From assembly GCA_973895155.1 (NCBI GenBank), contig OZ316892.1:8734148-8798147 (forward strand): DNA of 64,000 nucleotides, read 5' to 3'. Positions 12,581 to 25,819 of the stretch are shown piece by piece. Source of the stretch: Marsupella aquatica (lineage: Eukaryota > Plantae > Marchantiophyta). A model generated the notes under the pieces. That model made no database searches, was not told the DNA's origin, and was given only the letters and a program-made list of their open reading frames with translations. The translations under genes and the position numbers were made by a program. Each line of letters opens with the position of its first letter. Position 1 is the stretch's first letter.

Positions 12581-15131
12581 ACTTAACTTTGTTGTTCTTC
12601 CCTTCTCCAGCTCCTAGTTGGTACAAAGAAAAAATAAATGGGTTTTGCACCGGGTCCATTTGGGAGCTCCTCATGTTGTTCTACATTTTGCTTCCTCTTC
12701 AACCGAGAATCCACCTTCACTGGATCTTGACTTGTTCGGGCCAGAGTGCTTATAATGATTTACCCAAAACATTCACAAAAATCAACAAATGAGAGGTTTC
12801 CAACTCAGATCACACTGGATCTATTATTTTCAATTTGACTCCGTGCTGTTCTTCTGTTTGTTAACACCCTTATGGTTCAAAAACAATTCAGACTCTCACA
12901 CCTTGTTTTTCCCTTGAGTACACTAATTACGGATTGCCATGACAAGTCCATTCAAAAATTCTTGGCCTATGGTTTTGCCAGATCAGCTATTTCTGCCACA
13001 AACATGAAAATTTGTGTTTGTCTCAACGCTAGCAAAAACAATTAAACCTGGGAGTGATAAAACCTTAAGAAAATTGACAATTAATATGCCATAAAGCAAA
13101 GAGTGGGGGCAAATATTAAGCTCTTGTAACCATTCCATTTACTTTTTGGGTTACAAGAAATCATTTTTAGATTTAATTCATTTACTTAATAAACAACAAC
13201 AACTAACACTAGTCATTTAATTGATCATTGGCTAACAAAAGGAAGATGAAGGACGGTGCACAACAGTCACAAGCTAGTAAAGATACATGTCATTAATTTC
13301 TGAGATCAACAAATGAGATCAAATGTTGATAATCAATGGTGACAATGTGCACTTTAGACCGGCAGTAGTTTAAGTTAGTCAGTTATTCTTTTTGCGTTTT
13401 CATTATGTTCTTCACAGACCCCATGAAAAGCTACTTCCAAAATCCCTAGCAAGCAACATCAATGGTAATGGTCACAAACAAGAAATTGTTGTTGTGCAAG
13501 AAGAACAACATCTGGCTATTTGTGTTGGAACAAGGCAACAAAAACTGCCAGCCTCATAACTGTTAACAAATGGAAAACTCCCATGTTCTTTCTTGCATTT
13601 AATTTTTCCATTGCTACCGAGCTTGGGTAGGTTACAATAAGGAAAGTACTTAATTAAGAATAGAGACTAATAAAGCCGTCCTATGTTTTCCCATGTCATC
13701 AGCCCCTCCCGCAGCCCCTAAATTTCTGGCCCTTATCACTCCCAAAGATGCTAGCCAAAAGCAGATTGTGCTTGTCCAAAGTAGCTGTGTAAGTGCTATG
13801 TGTGTGTTGCTAGTCATTTGCAACTAAAACTTACATTGCAGCAAGTTGTTGCTCTTCTCTGCAAAGTGCTGCAATTGTGCTTTTGTTTTATTTTTGCAGT
13901 TTGAGAGTGGGATCTGCAAGGGCCAGAAAGTTTCCAGCCCTTGCCTTTGGAAATGCAAAATATCTATCACCATGCCTAGCACATGAGGGGCTTGAGACTC
14001 GTTTCCGTTGCTCATTGATGTGGTGGCATGCATCAGGTTGAGGGCCGCATTCTGAACGGGTGCTCGCATGCAAGTTAAGCCTTTAAGGCTGTTCTGCATG
14101 TAGATGGCCCTCAAGAAAGAAGCCACTCCCTAAATTGCAGGATCTAAATGCTCTTGTCCTGCTATGTGTGAGGTGCACAAGTCCTTTTCCTTTTTTTTAT
14201 CACTCCCTAAATTGCAGGGTCCAAATTCCTTGTCCTGCTATGTGTGAGCTGCACAAGCCCTTGAGTGTGTTGTCTGTCATATTTTGATTTTAAAGGACTG
14301 GACAGGACTGGCCCTCAAGCCTGAAAGTTTCCAGCCCTTGGTTCTCCACTGCATACCATAAATTAGGTAAGGAACCAAAGTTACCCGTGTGTAATAATTT
14401 TTGGAGGCCTCTGCTATATCCATAATCTCATGCCCAAAAAGTCTCACTTGTTAATTTTTTCCCAAAGTCTATTTACATATCATAAGGACGGCTTGGGTTT
14501 GGGGTTCTAGACTGAACTCTGTTTCCAAATTACTCAGAAAAGCTTCCTAGCTGCTGCCAATCAACTTTTCTTCACTTTTTGGTCATAGGATTAGAGCCTA
14601 GTAAGTCTCTGCCCACACCGTCCATTATCTTAGTGCCATTTGTGGAATGAGGATTTCAGAGCCTAGTAATTCTATACTTAAATCATCATTTCGTAAGAAA
14701 TTGTCAGCTCAGACTATACAGCATATGCGGAACATGAGAAGACACTCAATCATCCACTACATCGACACGAGATATCACAAGTGGAGAAACTCTTGAATGA
14801 TCCAAATCATATGAGAATACATGTGAAACTCTAACCTATACCCCCTAGGAGATTGAGGTATGTGAATCTAAACTGTATAGATCTTGTACTAACCTAACCA
14901 AACTTTGACTACTCTAATAAAACCAAACTAACTAAAGCTGAAAACTTGAGTCAATTCATAACACCTTCATCTTAGTGCCATCTCTACAATGACCCAGAAA
15001 ACTAACCAACTCACACATGCAAGAACCTTCATCTTAGTGCCATCTTTACAGTGACCCGTAAACTAACCAACTCACACAGGCAAGATGGCTCTTAGGAATT
15101 ACATCATTGGGACAATGGGACAAGTACTCTG

Positions 15132-15366
15132 CATCTCATTTTTAATTACTTTTTTGCCAGAATGGCGAATGCGAAGAAGAAGATGCTCACTTATTTCCCT
15201 GACCTTCAAATCTCACTAGATTTAAGGCTAGATCTCCCTAGATTTTAAGGCTGACAGTTAAATTCTGGCTAAAGGGCCCTTAGGTGGAACACTGGCTAAT
15301 GAGACAGAAAAATAGTAGCGAGGGGAGGTGGAATTTGGCGAATTTTCGCCACAAGAAAAAACGCTG
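15132..15366. mobile_element. hAT-type MITE (235 bp) with 8-bp TSD GTACTCTG
   Basis: GTACTCTG at 15124-15131 and 15367-15374. Ends are CA...CGCTG with TGGCGAATTTTCGCCA subterminal motifs; the left TIR is degenerate. An uninterrupted paralogous site lies at ~15430-15480. Confidence 0.6.
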
Positions 15367-15679
15367 GTACTCTGGGTCTCGAGTTGCCACGACGAATTCG
15401 ATGGTCTGACGGCTCTTAGGACTTAATTGGGACAAGTACTCTGGTTCGCGAGTGGCCAGGACGAATTCCATGGTCCACAGACGTGAGACCTGGATGGCGA
15501 CCTGGAGGCCGGCAAAGCCACGAAGCCCGTCCAGATGACAGCCGGAAGGTTCACTTTAAAGCCGCGAGGCCGTTTGGGAAATGTTCGTAGACTTGAGGAG
15601 CCGACCGCCTGGAAAATGTCGAAGTCAGGAAGGGCGGGAATGTCCTGGCTTCCTGTTGATTGAAATGTGCTGGACCTGT

Positions 15680-16030
15680 TTATGGGCACTAAACTGCGAC
15701 TCGTTGTTTGAGAGTCAGATGCCAGCATTCCCAATGTATCAATTTCGAAGGAATTGTAATGTGCTAAGCTCAATTCCGCCTTTATAGACATTGTCTTCGA
15801 CTCATGTTTTGAGAGTCGCCGCAAGCTGTGCCAGTGAAATGATTTCAAAGGAATTGCTCTCTGCACTCACTCGGCCGCTGCTTCGAAGGAATTGTGATCT
15901 GCTTGGCTCAATTTCGCCTGTCCATTATGGACATCAACTACGACTCAATGTGTGAGAGTCCACTCAAGCTATGCCAGTGAAATTGTTTCGAAGGAATCGC
16001 TCTCTGCATTCACTCGGCCGGTGCTTCTCT
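15680..16030. repeat. Diverged ~140-bp tandem repeat (2-3 units)
   Basis: TTCGAAGGAATTG...GCTCAATT.CGCC...GAGAGTC...TGCCAGTGAAAT...CACTCGGCCG.TGCTTC is repeated. Confidence 0.75.
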
Positions 16031-16357
16031 GGAACCTTAATCGAACAAACTGCGAATGCGCTTTCACTTGCGAGAGGAAAACTTCGAATTGAAGTCGCAT
16101 TCTCGACAACGTTCATTCTTCTATGACAAGCTGGTCGTCTCGTGTTCCTTGGCTTAATTATCGTCTGTGTGAGAAGGACGCTGAGCGAAGGACATTTTGT
16201 TGACGAAGAAGAATCCTTCTGTTATGTTGATCGCAGTGGCTGATGTTCAGACTTTACATGTTCACAGAAATTTCCGTCGGATTCCTCAAACTGGAATTGA
16301 TCGAGACGAACCCGAAATTGGGGAAAACGTAACCTCAGGAGGAGACGTTTTGTGAAT

Positions 16358-16532
16358 ATGATGGGTGCCTTTGCAATTCATCCCTCGCGAGGAGGTCGAG
16401 CGGCATGATGGCGGGGTGAAGCCGATTGTATTGGTTTTCAAAGGTTTTTTTTAATTGGCTGCGTTTTACTGCATCTGGTTTCTCTGAAATGGCTGCATCT
16501 TGACCTGGCTCATTTTGAAAATTTAGGTCTCA
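16358..16532 (+). pseudogene. Duplicated CWF19L2 exon 1 plus start of intron 1 (frameshifted)
   Basis: Aligns to 1015-1190 (AATTCATCCCTCGCGAGGAGGTCGAGCGGCATGATGGCGGGGTGA...ATTTAGGTCTCA). No further exons follow. Confidence 0.9.
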
Positions 16533-17784
16533 AAATCTAAACGAAGGTGACAAGAAGAAACGTTAGACTCCAGCCACCCGCCCCACTTAGACCCTACATA
16601 AACCTACCCAGCAAAAACCACATTCCTCAATTGTTTTGGCACCAGGAAACAGATTCTGCCTATTAGTAGATTTTAATGTTCCTGAATTTGTTCCTGGCAC
16701 CAGGAAACAAATTCTGTCAATTAATAGAGTCTGTTTGATACATTGGAAACCAACAAATCGCTGCTGAACATCCTGGTTTCCACTCCTCCACGGCTCGCAA
16801 TATTCAGTGTAAGCTATATCTGACCTCTGTACTAACTTTGCGTGCAGAAATTGGTGATATCGATTGCATTGGTACGCGTGCCCTCGTTTTCCTAGTACTT
16901 CAAAACTAAAATGGCCTTTCTCTACAGCTTAGGTTTTTATGTTGAACTTTTGCCTTTGAAGGATCTCACGCTCCCAGATATCCAAATTTGCTTTGAGAAT
17001 TGTTTCGATAAATTGGCATGTTGCAGCATTTGCTTCAGGAAGAGATAACCTCTGGTTTTCTTTTCTGCATGATTCCCCGTGAGTGGAGATATGTACCACT
17101 ACCAAAAGATGAGGGGAATTGTGACCAAATTCCACAGGGCATGCATTCTGCATTCCTAAGCGGTGAACTCTGCATTGGCTGAATGGCTTGCTAAATGCTT
17201 TGATTTCAGAATCGAGAGATATTGGGTCTTTCACGGGAAATAAATGTCGTCCTTTAGTTTGTAGAAGTCGCGTTTAAAGCAGATTGAGAGAGGGACTCGC
17301 AATATCAACAGCTAAAAATTATCAGATCATTTTATTAGACAACTGGTTATCAGTAGCCTAAACTGGAAACGAGAGAGGTCTGCAGCTGTTGCTGCCGCTG
17401 CCAAATTTTGTGAGGAGAGAGTTCCGAAACTCAGGACTCCAGAAATAGGAACTCCATAGGCAAATGAAATTTTGGAAGAATCATCCTGATTGACTATTGT
17501 CCCGCGAGACTAATGTAGGAGCAGACTGATTGTTCTGCAAACCGAACGCTTGCTTCGAACCGCTCTATGGTTTAAGACAACCTTTGATGGTAGACCATCC
17601 CGGAACTTCCCTCAACGAATATAGGCATGAATTTCTGAGGAGACCCATTGCTGCTGCAACTTACGGTCTTCGACCTGAAGAAAAGCACAAATCAGATACT
17701 GAACATTTGTTGCTTAAAGGAATTCTAGGTTACCAGCATGACGAGACCCACTGCATGTGCCAGATAGACAACGCTCCATTCACT

Positions 17785-18330
17785 GTCTGCAGAAAAGTGC
17801 AAATTGAGCCTTCTACTGCAACATCTTCAACAAGAGAGAGAGGGGCGAGCAAAGGTTAACACACCTTACTTAGCTCTCCAAGTGGAAATATTGACCGGAA
17901 ATTTCAAAAGTCTTCCTGCAGCCTTGTCAAGAACAAATTTCAATCACAACGCTGCCAGATAATAAACTAGACAAGTCTACTTCACAATACGAGGTTGCAT
18001 TTTCCACATAATCCATGATGCTAACTATCACACAGTACATTCAAATCGGAAAAGATTAATTGCAATGGTCCCACGAGTCATGAATTTTATAATAACCTGA
18101 AATCAAACTTTGAGGTAGAGAGTTCCCAGCCTCACTGAGAAGCCGCAGAGCAACGCTTCTGTCCACACCACCACTCACAAGCACCGCAACTCGCAAGCTA
18201 ATGCCCGAATCACAACTCCTCTTTATCCTTTCATCCGTCTTCCAGTCCAGACAAGAGTATCCACAACATTTGGGCACCTCTCCATCACGTAATATCTCAA
18301 GAGAATAGTCCAGCGAGCGAGCATTTCCAA
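17785..18330 (-). pseudogene. mnmA: tRNA-specific 2-thiouridylase MnmA/TrmU pseudogene
   Basis: LRVAVLVSGGVDRSVALRLL (PP-loop SGGVDSS) is followed by a frameshift and YLKV*FQ|gt. The next exon EDF*NF is fused to IFPLGELSK, implying an internal deletion. Confidence 0.85.
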
Positions 18331-18695
18331 GAACGTCGGTAACTCCTCGTATCGCCCAGCTACGTCGTGGATCTCAATGATTTCGGCCATAATTTCTCCA
18401 TTCCTTGGACTGCTAAGGGTACTGTATTATAAACAAGCTTATCGATTCCTTGAAATACTAGGTTGCGTGTCTAACGAATATATTGGAATTCTATTCTAAA
18501 ACCACTGCAATATTGAAGATAGTTATCGGTTAAATATATGTAACTTTCTACTCTGTCAACTGAAACTCGGTGACCAACACTTTTCAACCCCTAAAACACT
18601 TAAATGAGGTTAAGCGAGGGATAAAAGCACCTTGTGCTTTGAAAATTCAAACCTTTTACCCACTTATTCTTTACTTCAACAATTCCTCTTTGAGA

Positions 18696-21682
18696 TCAAG
18701 ACAGCTCTACTAATCTCCTCGAAAGAGCTCCTAGAGAAGTTTGCTCTGTATCAAAATCTGAATTTGCAAGCTCGCTGGATGTCATGGCACTTAAAACTCC
18801 GCCACATCTACGACCTAAAACCTCTACGACATCTTGTCGAGCTCCTTCAACGGTCACCACACCTTTTCTTCCTTCAGCATGCTGGAACCCATTTGCAGGT
18901 CTGGCATTGGCAGGCAAGACATAACCAATAAGCAAGAGTAAAAACTCTGCACATTTCAACCTGCAAGAACACAAATAGCATTTAAGGAAGGATATCCAGT
19001 GCTGCAGATTTCACTGCATAAATACAGATATTTGCTCACTTGAAGCACCCAATGGTGCCCAAAACTAAGACGGGAACATTGCGACTGAACTACAGGTAAT
19101 GATTTTAAGACTAATATTACTTACTTAACATCCACAACAAAATTTACGGCACAATCTCAGTCTCTGAAATAAACGTCGGCTTCTACTGGTGTTGCATCCT
19201 AAGGAACGGTCAGTGATTAACACCAACACAGAAGAATGAAGGAATAATAACTAAAACAAACAAACAATAAGTTGTGGTTTGTTGCGCTTCAATATCCACG
19301 TATGAATCTCTAACAAGCAAAACTGCAAAGTTGGCAAATAAGACAACAATAGCACTATTAGGGACATCATTAGTCTCTGCTTTTCCTTGCAGTTTGTGTA
19401 AGGACCTTGAATACTGACCTTACGCCATCATTAACACTATTGCTCTTGACCAGTTCGGCAATCTTTCTGACGCCATGAATGCGTTCAAAATCCTGTTAAG
19501 AAATGGGACATGGGTGAGTTTCCTGTACAGATGACTTCTCAACAGAGACACTGCTAATTACCATCTTCCTCATTATATTGTAGTTCAATAGTTTACAGAA
19601 GATCCACCAGTGGTGAACACCGGTCACAACGGTCAGTTCTCATGAGCTACGAAGAATTCCTCGGCCCTATCCTCAGAGCAGTTTCTCAAATAAAGTAGAA
19701 CACACGCATAACATCAGACACCTGCCATGCCTGTATGCTTTCAAATATGTACGTGCATGAAGCATGCTTAGAGCAGTAACAAGAATTGATATAAGTATCA
19801 TAACTCTTCTCCAGTTTTTCTGTCCCACAAAAAGCCTCTGCTACTATGTCCAACTACTGCCCTTTTCACCGGGTAGAGAACGTATGCTAATCTTGCCTTT
19901 TGATTGGACGTTGAATCCAGCAGTACTGCTAACAATGCGTCCAAACAAGCAGTTTGCTCAGGTGGTTCACCGCTAAGTAGCAATGCCATCAGCACCTGGA
20001 TGCAAGAAAACTTCAAAGTTAGGGAAATACCTTAGTGACTATTCAGACTGTGCTGACCATGACTCCCCCTATTCCTGATGAGGACAGACATCCTCAGTAA
20101 AGTGACTCCAAACGATCATACTCGCACTAGGACTCACCAGAGTGATTCATATACATATCCAATACAAGAATATAAAACAAAAGAGTTCCGGCCCAAAATC
20201 AGTACTGCCATAACAGGCGCCACCGATTGTCAACACATACTACTGGACGGCCATGCACATCGCTCTAGTATAAAGACGTGTCCCTGCATCTCATAACAAT
20301 GTTGGTAGATGAGAGAATCCCTGCAATAATCAAAACGGTGTACCTTTGCAGCAGCGTAGCGCGATGCAAGTTGTCGACTGCCAGTATCGAGCAAACAACA
20401 CCCTTCAAGAATTCGGAAAGCAAGGCCAATCTCATCGCTTGAAGGAGAACCAACAACAATATGATTAACTACCTCGTTCTTCGAGGGGGCCAATGTGTGC
20501 TCGAAAAGTACAGGGACCACTGCGCACAAAAGCAACCATCAGCTACCTTCAAATAACTGCTAGCGGACAAGTCTCTACCGTGGAAATGAAAAAGGCTTGA
20601 GGAAAGCTGGTTCTGTGGCGCTATTTCGAAATGACGCTGGTCACAGCTCTACGTTAACTTGACATAAACCCAATGTGCATTGCGAGTCTTCCTTCGTAAT
20701 AAGGGTGGTACGTAGAATAATTGCTTTAGTAAGTTTCAACAGTGCTACATCTCCCATGATGTTGTGGCATACCCTAAAAGGTCACACGAAAGATGGAACA
20801 ATTGCTCCAGGTATCAACGACCGATGCAGGACGAGAAACGTAGAGAAAATCAAGAAGAGATAGGCATCGGCTCATTCGATGAAAACACGAGGAACAAAGT
20901 TAGAACTATTTAGCAACGTGTTAGAATGTAGAGATAGCGGATGGCATCGCTGAAAATGCAGAGCTGCATTGTGAGGAGACATGATGACGCATTATCATCT
21001 GCCTCTACGGGGTCAAGGAGCGCAAACGGCCTAGTTGATACGGGAGCACTAAGTAGGACAACATAGTGCTTTCACTGCAATTCTCAAATCGTGCCACAGC
21101 CCACTGATTGCATTGACTACTAATCCCCAGTAGATAAACTTCGACATATCGAATTCAAAATAATCCTACTGTAATTGGAAAGTCAAAAGCAGGCCCGTGG
21201 TCATTTGCAACTCCTAGAGCGCTGCTTATGTTTGAAGACAAAGCTCGGCCTTCCTGCTTTTATAAATTCGTCTAAAATTGTTGAATTCGAACGATACATC
21301 TGCTGAAATACACTGCAGTGTATCGAATTTCCGAGTAAAAGTAAACTTCTCGATTGAATGTCCAAAACTTGGCATTACCTTGTAGCTCGCGGTATTTCTG
21401 GGTATCCAGAAAAAGCTCCACAATCTTCTCCGACTTCACAGCTGACGTCAGAAATCTGGTCAAGGATATGAGTCCCCTGACTCTCATGAACGAGAACTCC
21501 GCCTTAACATCCCGCAACCCCGTTCGCAAGGACAGCGAGACCTCTCTATAAAGTCTTTGGTTCGTCAGGGACAGCGCAAGATCCACAATGGGCGCCTGGG
21601 CACCACCGGGGGAGACGGACGATGAGGCCGCCGAGGAGCTTCGCAGAGAGTCATCCGCCCAGCTGGGCGGTCGGAGAAACAT
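18696..21682 (-). CDS. Plant Cdc14 (SIN component, ARM-like) family protein; exons approx. 21682-21379, 20520-20344, 19995-19897, 19492-19420, 18960-18696
   Basis: Conserved plant motifs QRLYREVSLSLRTGLRDVKAEFSFMRVRGL, VVPVLFEH, RILEGCCLL, ACLDALLAVLLDS and RLKCAEFLLLLIG. One GC-AG intron. Confidence 0.8.
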
Positions 21683-21744
21683 CGTCTTCTCGGAGCGTAA
21701 GATTCCCTAGTGAAGTCAGGGCTGTCCCTAGCAAAGTGTTGCCC

Positions 21745-22428
21745 TGTATAAATGAACCTCAACTACCAGCAAACGGCAACTCGAACCAGTAATGACCAAC
21801 AACCCCTCCAAGAATCCAAGTGAGATCTCGCAAAGCCGCTTTCCACTTGTGCTTCTACACTATCGGGAAGGACACCCAGCAACATAAGAAGTCAACGATT
21901 CTCGGGATAGATCAGCTGACTTTTCTAAAAGGTTATTACGCCGACAGAAATCACGGTGCGTTCGTGCTAGTGGCCAGCCCATCTACAACAGGTGAGAACT
22001 AAATGTGTGATCAACACAGTTTTTTGCTTATTGGGAAGGCAGCAGCTGTGCAGGCCTTGTGCCAGGTTTGCGAAGAACACAATGTCGAGAAGAAATTCAT
22101 GAAAAGTTACTGCTTGGAGTACAATCATACATGTGATTGTGAAGCCAGGAGGCACTGCTGTCCAGAATACGGGACGAGTTGGTGGAGATGGTGAAAGATG
22201 CAATCATATCAAACTGCCCAAAAACAGAAGGCGCCCTTTGTTTTCACTTGATACCAATTAAGGGGAGACAACCAAAGAGCCAAAAAGCCTACTCTTAGAG
22301 TTTGCTTGCTTCCCTGTCATCATTTTCTTGAGCGTATCTTATGGGGCGGGCTTGGTGGGGGGGGGGGGGACAGCAGAACACCGTCAAAAATGAATTCCAC
22401 CTGGAGAATGGAAAGCCGAGGATGAGAG
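21745..22428 (-). pseudogene. Duplicated 3' end and 3' flank of the lectin receptor kinase
   Basis: Aligns to 28043-28711. The stop codon is lost and there are indels, including a ~90-bp insertion. Confidence 0.9.
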
Positions 22429-22429
22429 T

Positions 22430-22675
22430 AGTGATCAGGGTAACCTTATTTCAGTGTAGAACACCCGAACCCTGCAAAAGTCGGGGTAATCCATTATCCA
22501 AGTAATGCACTCCTGAGGGAAGTCATATGTTGGGGTAATCTAATATGGGCGTAGTTCAGTGATCAGGGTCTTTTAATCTGAGGTAATCTTATTCTAGCGT
22601 GCACCACCCGAACCCTGCAAAAGTGTTGGGGTAATCCAATATGGGCGTGGTTCAGTGACCAGGGTCTTCAATCTG
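22430..22675. repeat. Diverged local repeats at the duplication breakpoint
   Basis: GTGATCAGGGT, CACCCGAACCCTGCAAAAGT and GGGGTAATC..ATATGGGCGT.GTTCAGTGA each recur 2-3 times. Confidence 0.7.
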
Positions 22676-22905
22676 AACGTTCAGCCGAAGGTGGCGGTAC
22701 TAAGGGCTTTGGAGGGACGTCCGGCCAACTGACAGACAAGGCGTCTGTACCACATCACCTCGACAATTCTCGAGGCAACACTTTGGAAAGTTCCCATCGG
22801 GGAGTATCTTGCAATTGAATTGTGGGCTCTTGGTTGAAGAGTTGCGTGATAGATTGTAGCTCATAGATAGCAGACAGGCAGACCGGATCAGAAAGTGAGC
22901 GAGAG

Positions 22906-24125
22906 ATGGCGAGCACAGCTTGCTTTGTGATCGTGGGTCGGAATGACTGCCCGATCTACGAGAGTGAAGTCGGCACAGCTCCGAAGGTACAACACTCAGC
23001 TCGTCCTCTGTGAATGGCATTCGTTTTCTGATTTCATGTTGTCTCGGCCTTGTATCTCCCCTCCCCCTGATCTCACTCCCTGTCTGGTACTTCACTTCGC
23101 TGCATTGCATTGCATTACTTCTCTGCGAATGTTAGGTTGCTTCCAAATGGAGTTCCATCGCATTAGTTCTCTGCGAATGTTAGGTTTGATGCGAAAATGG
23201 AGTTGACGGCAGACTCGCCTTATGCTGGTGCATCGGCTCTTTCTTCTCTGTGAGTGAGCTGTTCACATGACGACAAACGTGGTCATGGGTGAGGCAGAAA
23301 GATGAGGCAACACACTTGCACCAGTTTATCTTGCACGCGGCTTTGGATATTGTTCAAGACTACGTGTGGACGACGAATGCCATGTACGCATACATGTACC
23401 CCGGGAGCTTCTCTTGCAAAATTTAGGGATTGGTGTTTCTCTGGGAGTTTCGGTATTCTATTTGCTTATTCAATTCACACGGTGGCTTCCTCCCTAGTTA
23501 AATTGCAAGACCTAAAGATTCAGTTGCGTTGCATCCAGAGCCCCCGTACTGTATGCCAACTTTCTTCATGTAATTATAGAGGATCAAGGGTGAGCTCTTT
23601 CTGTTAGACCGAATTGTTTTGTAATTGAACGGGGACAGGTTTTCGGTACAGAGTCAAAAATCCTTGGCACATCCGGCAAAGGCTTGGATGTTCTTAATCT
23701 TTGAATATGTTGAATGGCAGGTTTTTGAGAGTGGTTGATAAGTTTAACGACCTTCTTGTTTCAGTCTATGTCACTGCTGGTCATACAAGACTAATGCTTC
23801 TTCATGACTCAAGAAATGAAGATGGAATTAAAAACTTCTTTCAGGAGGTTCACGAACTCTACATCAAGGTGCTGCACTCGTTTTTTCCAATGTTCCATTA
23901 GATAAAAGTACATGCCCAGAAGACAATAGCGAGCTTATTATTCTTGCTAGCTGATGACGCTTTGATTATTGTCTTTTGAATGGTGCATCGAAAGCTTGAA
24001 AACTTATTCGAAACTTTCGTTGGCACTTACAGATGCTGTTGAATCCTCTCTATGTCCCTGGATCCCGAATTACTTCACCATTTTTTGATACAAGGGTTCG
24101 AGCTCTTGCTCGAAAGTACTTATAG
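22906..24125 (+). CDS. TRAPPC2: Trafficking protein particle complex subunit 2 (Sedlin/Trs20); exons 22906-22986, 23298-23383, 23721-23868, 24033-24125
   Basis: [19 protein letters not shown]...[14 protein letters not shown]...[17 protein letters not shown]...[18 protein letters not shown]...[13 protein letters not shown]. Confidence 0.96.
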
Positions 24126-24672
24126 TTTAGTGGGAGGTCAGATTCCATTTGCACGGTTCCGTCATTTCTAAGTTGGAGGCTGGAGATTTGGAGAACAAGT
24201 GCAGTGTGTGTGATATTTTCAGCAGCACAAATTCTGTACTAGATATGGAGCCCGATATGGCAATCATAACTAGAGGTGTAGTCTAGCTGATCATCAAGGT
24301 GCTTACACCAATTCTTTGGGACTAGCAGCCAAAGTTAGGACAACCAATGTACTGCAAGTTTGATCTTGGTCCCTCCTTTGTGTTGAGATGTTGCACTCGA
24401 CGTTCATACTACAGTAGATATTTGGCCTTCCAGTTTTCCGTGAGAGGAAGGGTTCCTTCACATGTGATGAAAAGCTGTTGTCCCCAAATTGTGAAGTACC
24501 GAATGTAGTAAGGTATAGACCTTGCAGGAAGGACTACGGGGAAAAAACGGTCATAGTTTACTCCAGTGCAAGATTCATAGAATACCCGCAATGATCACGG
24601 TGAACTGAGAGTCATATTTGTGGGCTGTTAGAGTTGAATGCCTCGCAGAGGGAGCCTATTGCATCCATCAGA

Positions 24673-24971
24673 GTGATTGTGGAAAAGCTAGACTGGCTTC
24701 GTCATGCAGGCCTTCAGAATTTTTCTTGGGATATCCAAACAGATGGGTCACGTTTTGCCACCGCTGGAGGTGACGATGAGGGTCGGATCTGGAGTATGGC
24801 TGCTTTGCAGAACTTACACGATGGACGATGAAATCTCACAGCCTAGATTGCTGTGCCACTCTTCGGGACCATTTTGGCTCTGTCAATTGTGTCACAAGCA
24901 AGTCATCTCGTTGCATATGGATCAGATGATCATTATGGCAGGTGCACAAGAGCCACCCTGACTTCGGTACA
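24673..24971 (+). pseudogene. HIRA 5' fragment (ATG changed to GTG, frameshifts, truncated)
   Basis: Aligns to 51838-52136; reads VIVEKLDWLRHAGLQNFSWDIQTDGSRFATAGGD and then frameshifts. Confidence 0.92.
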
Positions 24972-25417
24972 TTTAATTTTGCTAACTTTCATTTTGGGCA
25001 GCTTGGGCAGACATTTAAGATAGGAAGAGTGTGTGGGTGGATCTTATGGTACCAAAAAAATCAGTTTTGATGAGGTTCCGCTTTTTTCTCATTTTGGAAA
25101 GGTACAAAGACTCTTGTGGTGGGATAGGGTATTATAGTGTTTGATACATAAAAACATTGACACATCATGCATGTTCAAAATATATCCTAAAAAATTCCAT
25201 ATTTCTACACTTATACCAGCCCCAAGAGGCATAAATTTGACCACAAAGTTTAACAAATGAGAGGCTTTACAATTCAGATTACACTAGATTTATTTTAAGC
25301 ACAGAATTATCTCCAATTTGTCTCCATTTGCTTTAAGTAACTTTAAGCTTCCACATTAAAGCATTCTGATGGACATATCTGTAAGGTTCACTGCACTTGG
25401 TGTCGAGTAGAGTATCT

Positions 25418-25624
25418 GAATCAGATTGTAAATAGACAAGCACAGTTTACAAGTCACTTGTGACTTGTGAGTCAATAGAGTGCAGTATGTGAATCAGGTT
25501 GTAAACAGACAAGCACAGTTTACAAGTCACTTGTGACTTGTGAGTCAATAGAGTGCAGTATGTGAATCAGGTTGTAAACAGACAAGCACAGTTTACAAGT
25601 CACTTGTAACTTGTGAGTCAATAG
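25418..25624. repeat. 73-bp tandem repeat x about 3, with internal palindrome ACAAGTCAC-TT-GTGACTTGT
   Basis: Units start at 25418, 25491 and 25564 and are near-identical. Confidence 0.92.
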
Positions 25625-25819
25625 TTGAAAAGCTGCTTTCCTCGCCAGTCCATTGTGGGTTAACTTTCCTAACTGGACCCGATTCAGGCTTAACTTTACT
25701 GACTGGTTCAGTCACTTAGGGAATTAAACTAAACATTTGAAGTTGGGAAACGCTGGTTTAGACAAGTGGGGTAAACGTCAAACCTGTTACTGATTGGATA
25801 ACTACTGTACATGAAGAAT

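Noticed and set aside
14641-14963. Solo LTR
   Set aside because: LTR-like composition and TG...CA ends, but no matching TSD.
16929-17700. Intact gene downstream of the mnmA remnant
   Set aside because: Exon-like pieces exist, but I could not join them into a frame or assign a family.
20076-20100. Hammerhead ribozyme (CTGATGAG hairpin)
   Set aside because: No GAAA core after stem II.
25418-25624. CRISPR-like array (palindromic repeats)
   Set aside because: Whole units are near-identical with no unique spacers, the context is eukaryotic and there are no cas genes.
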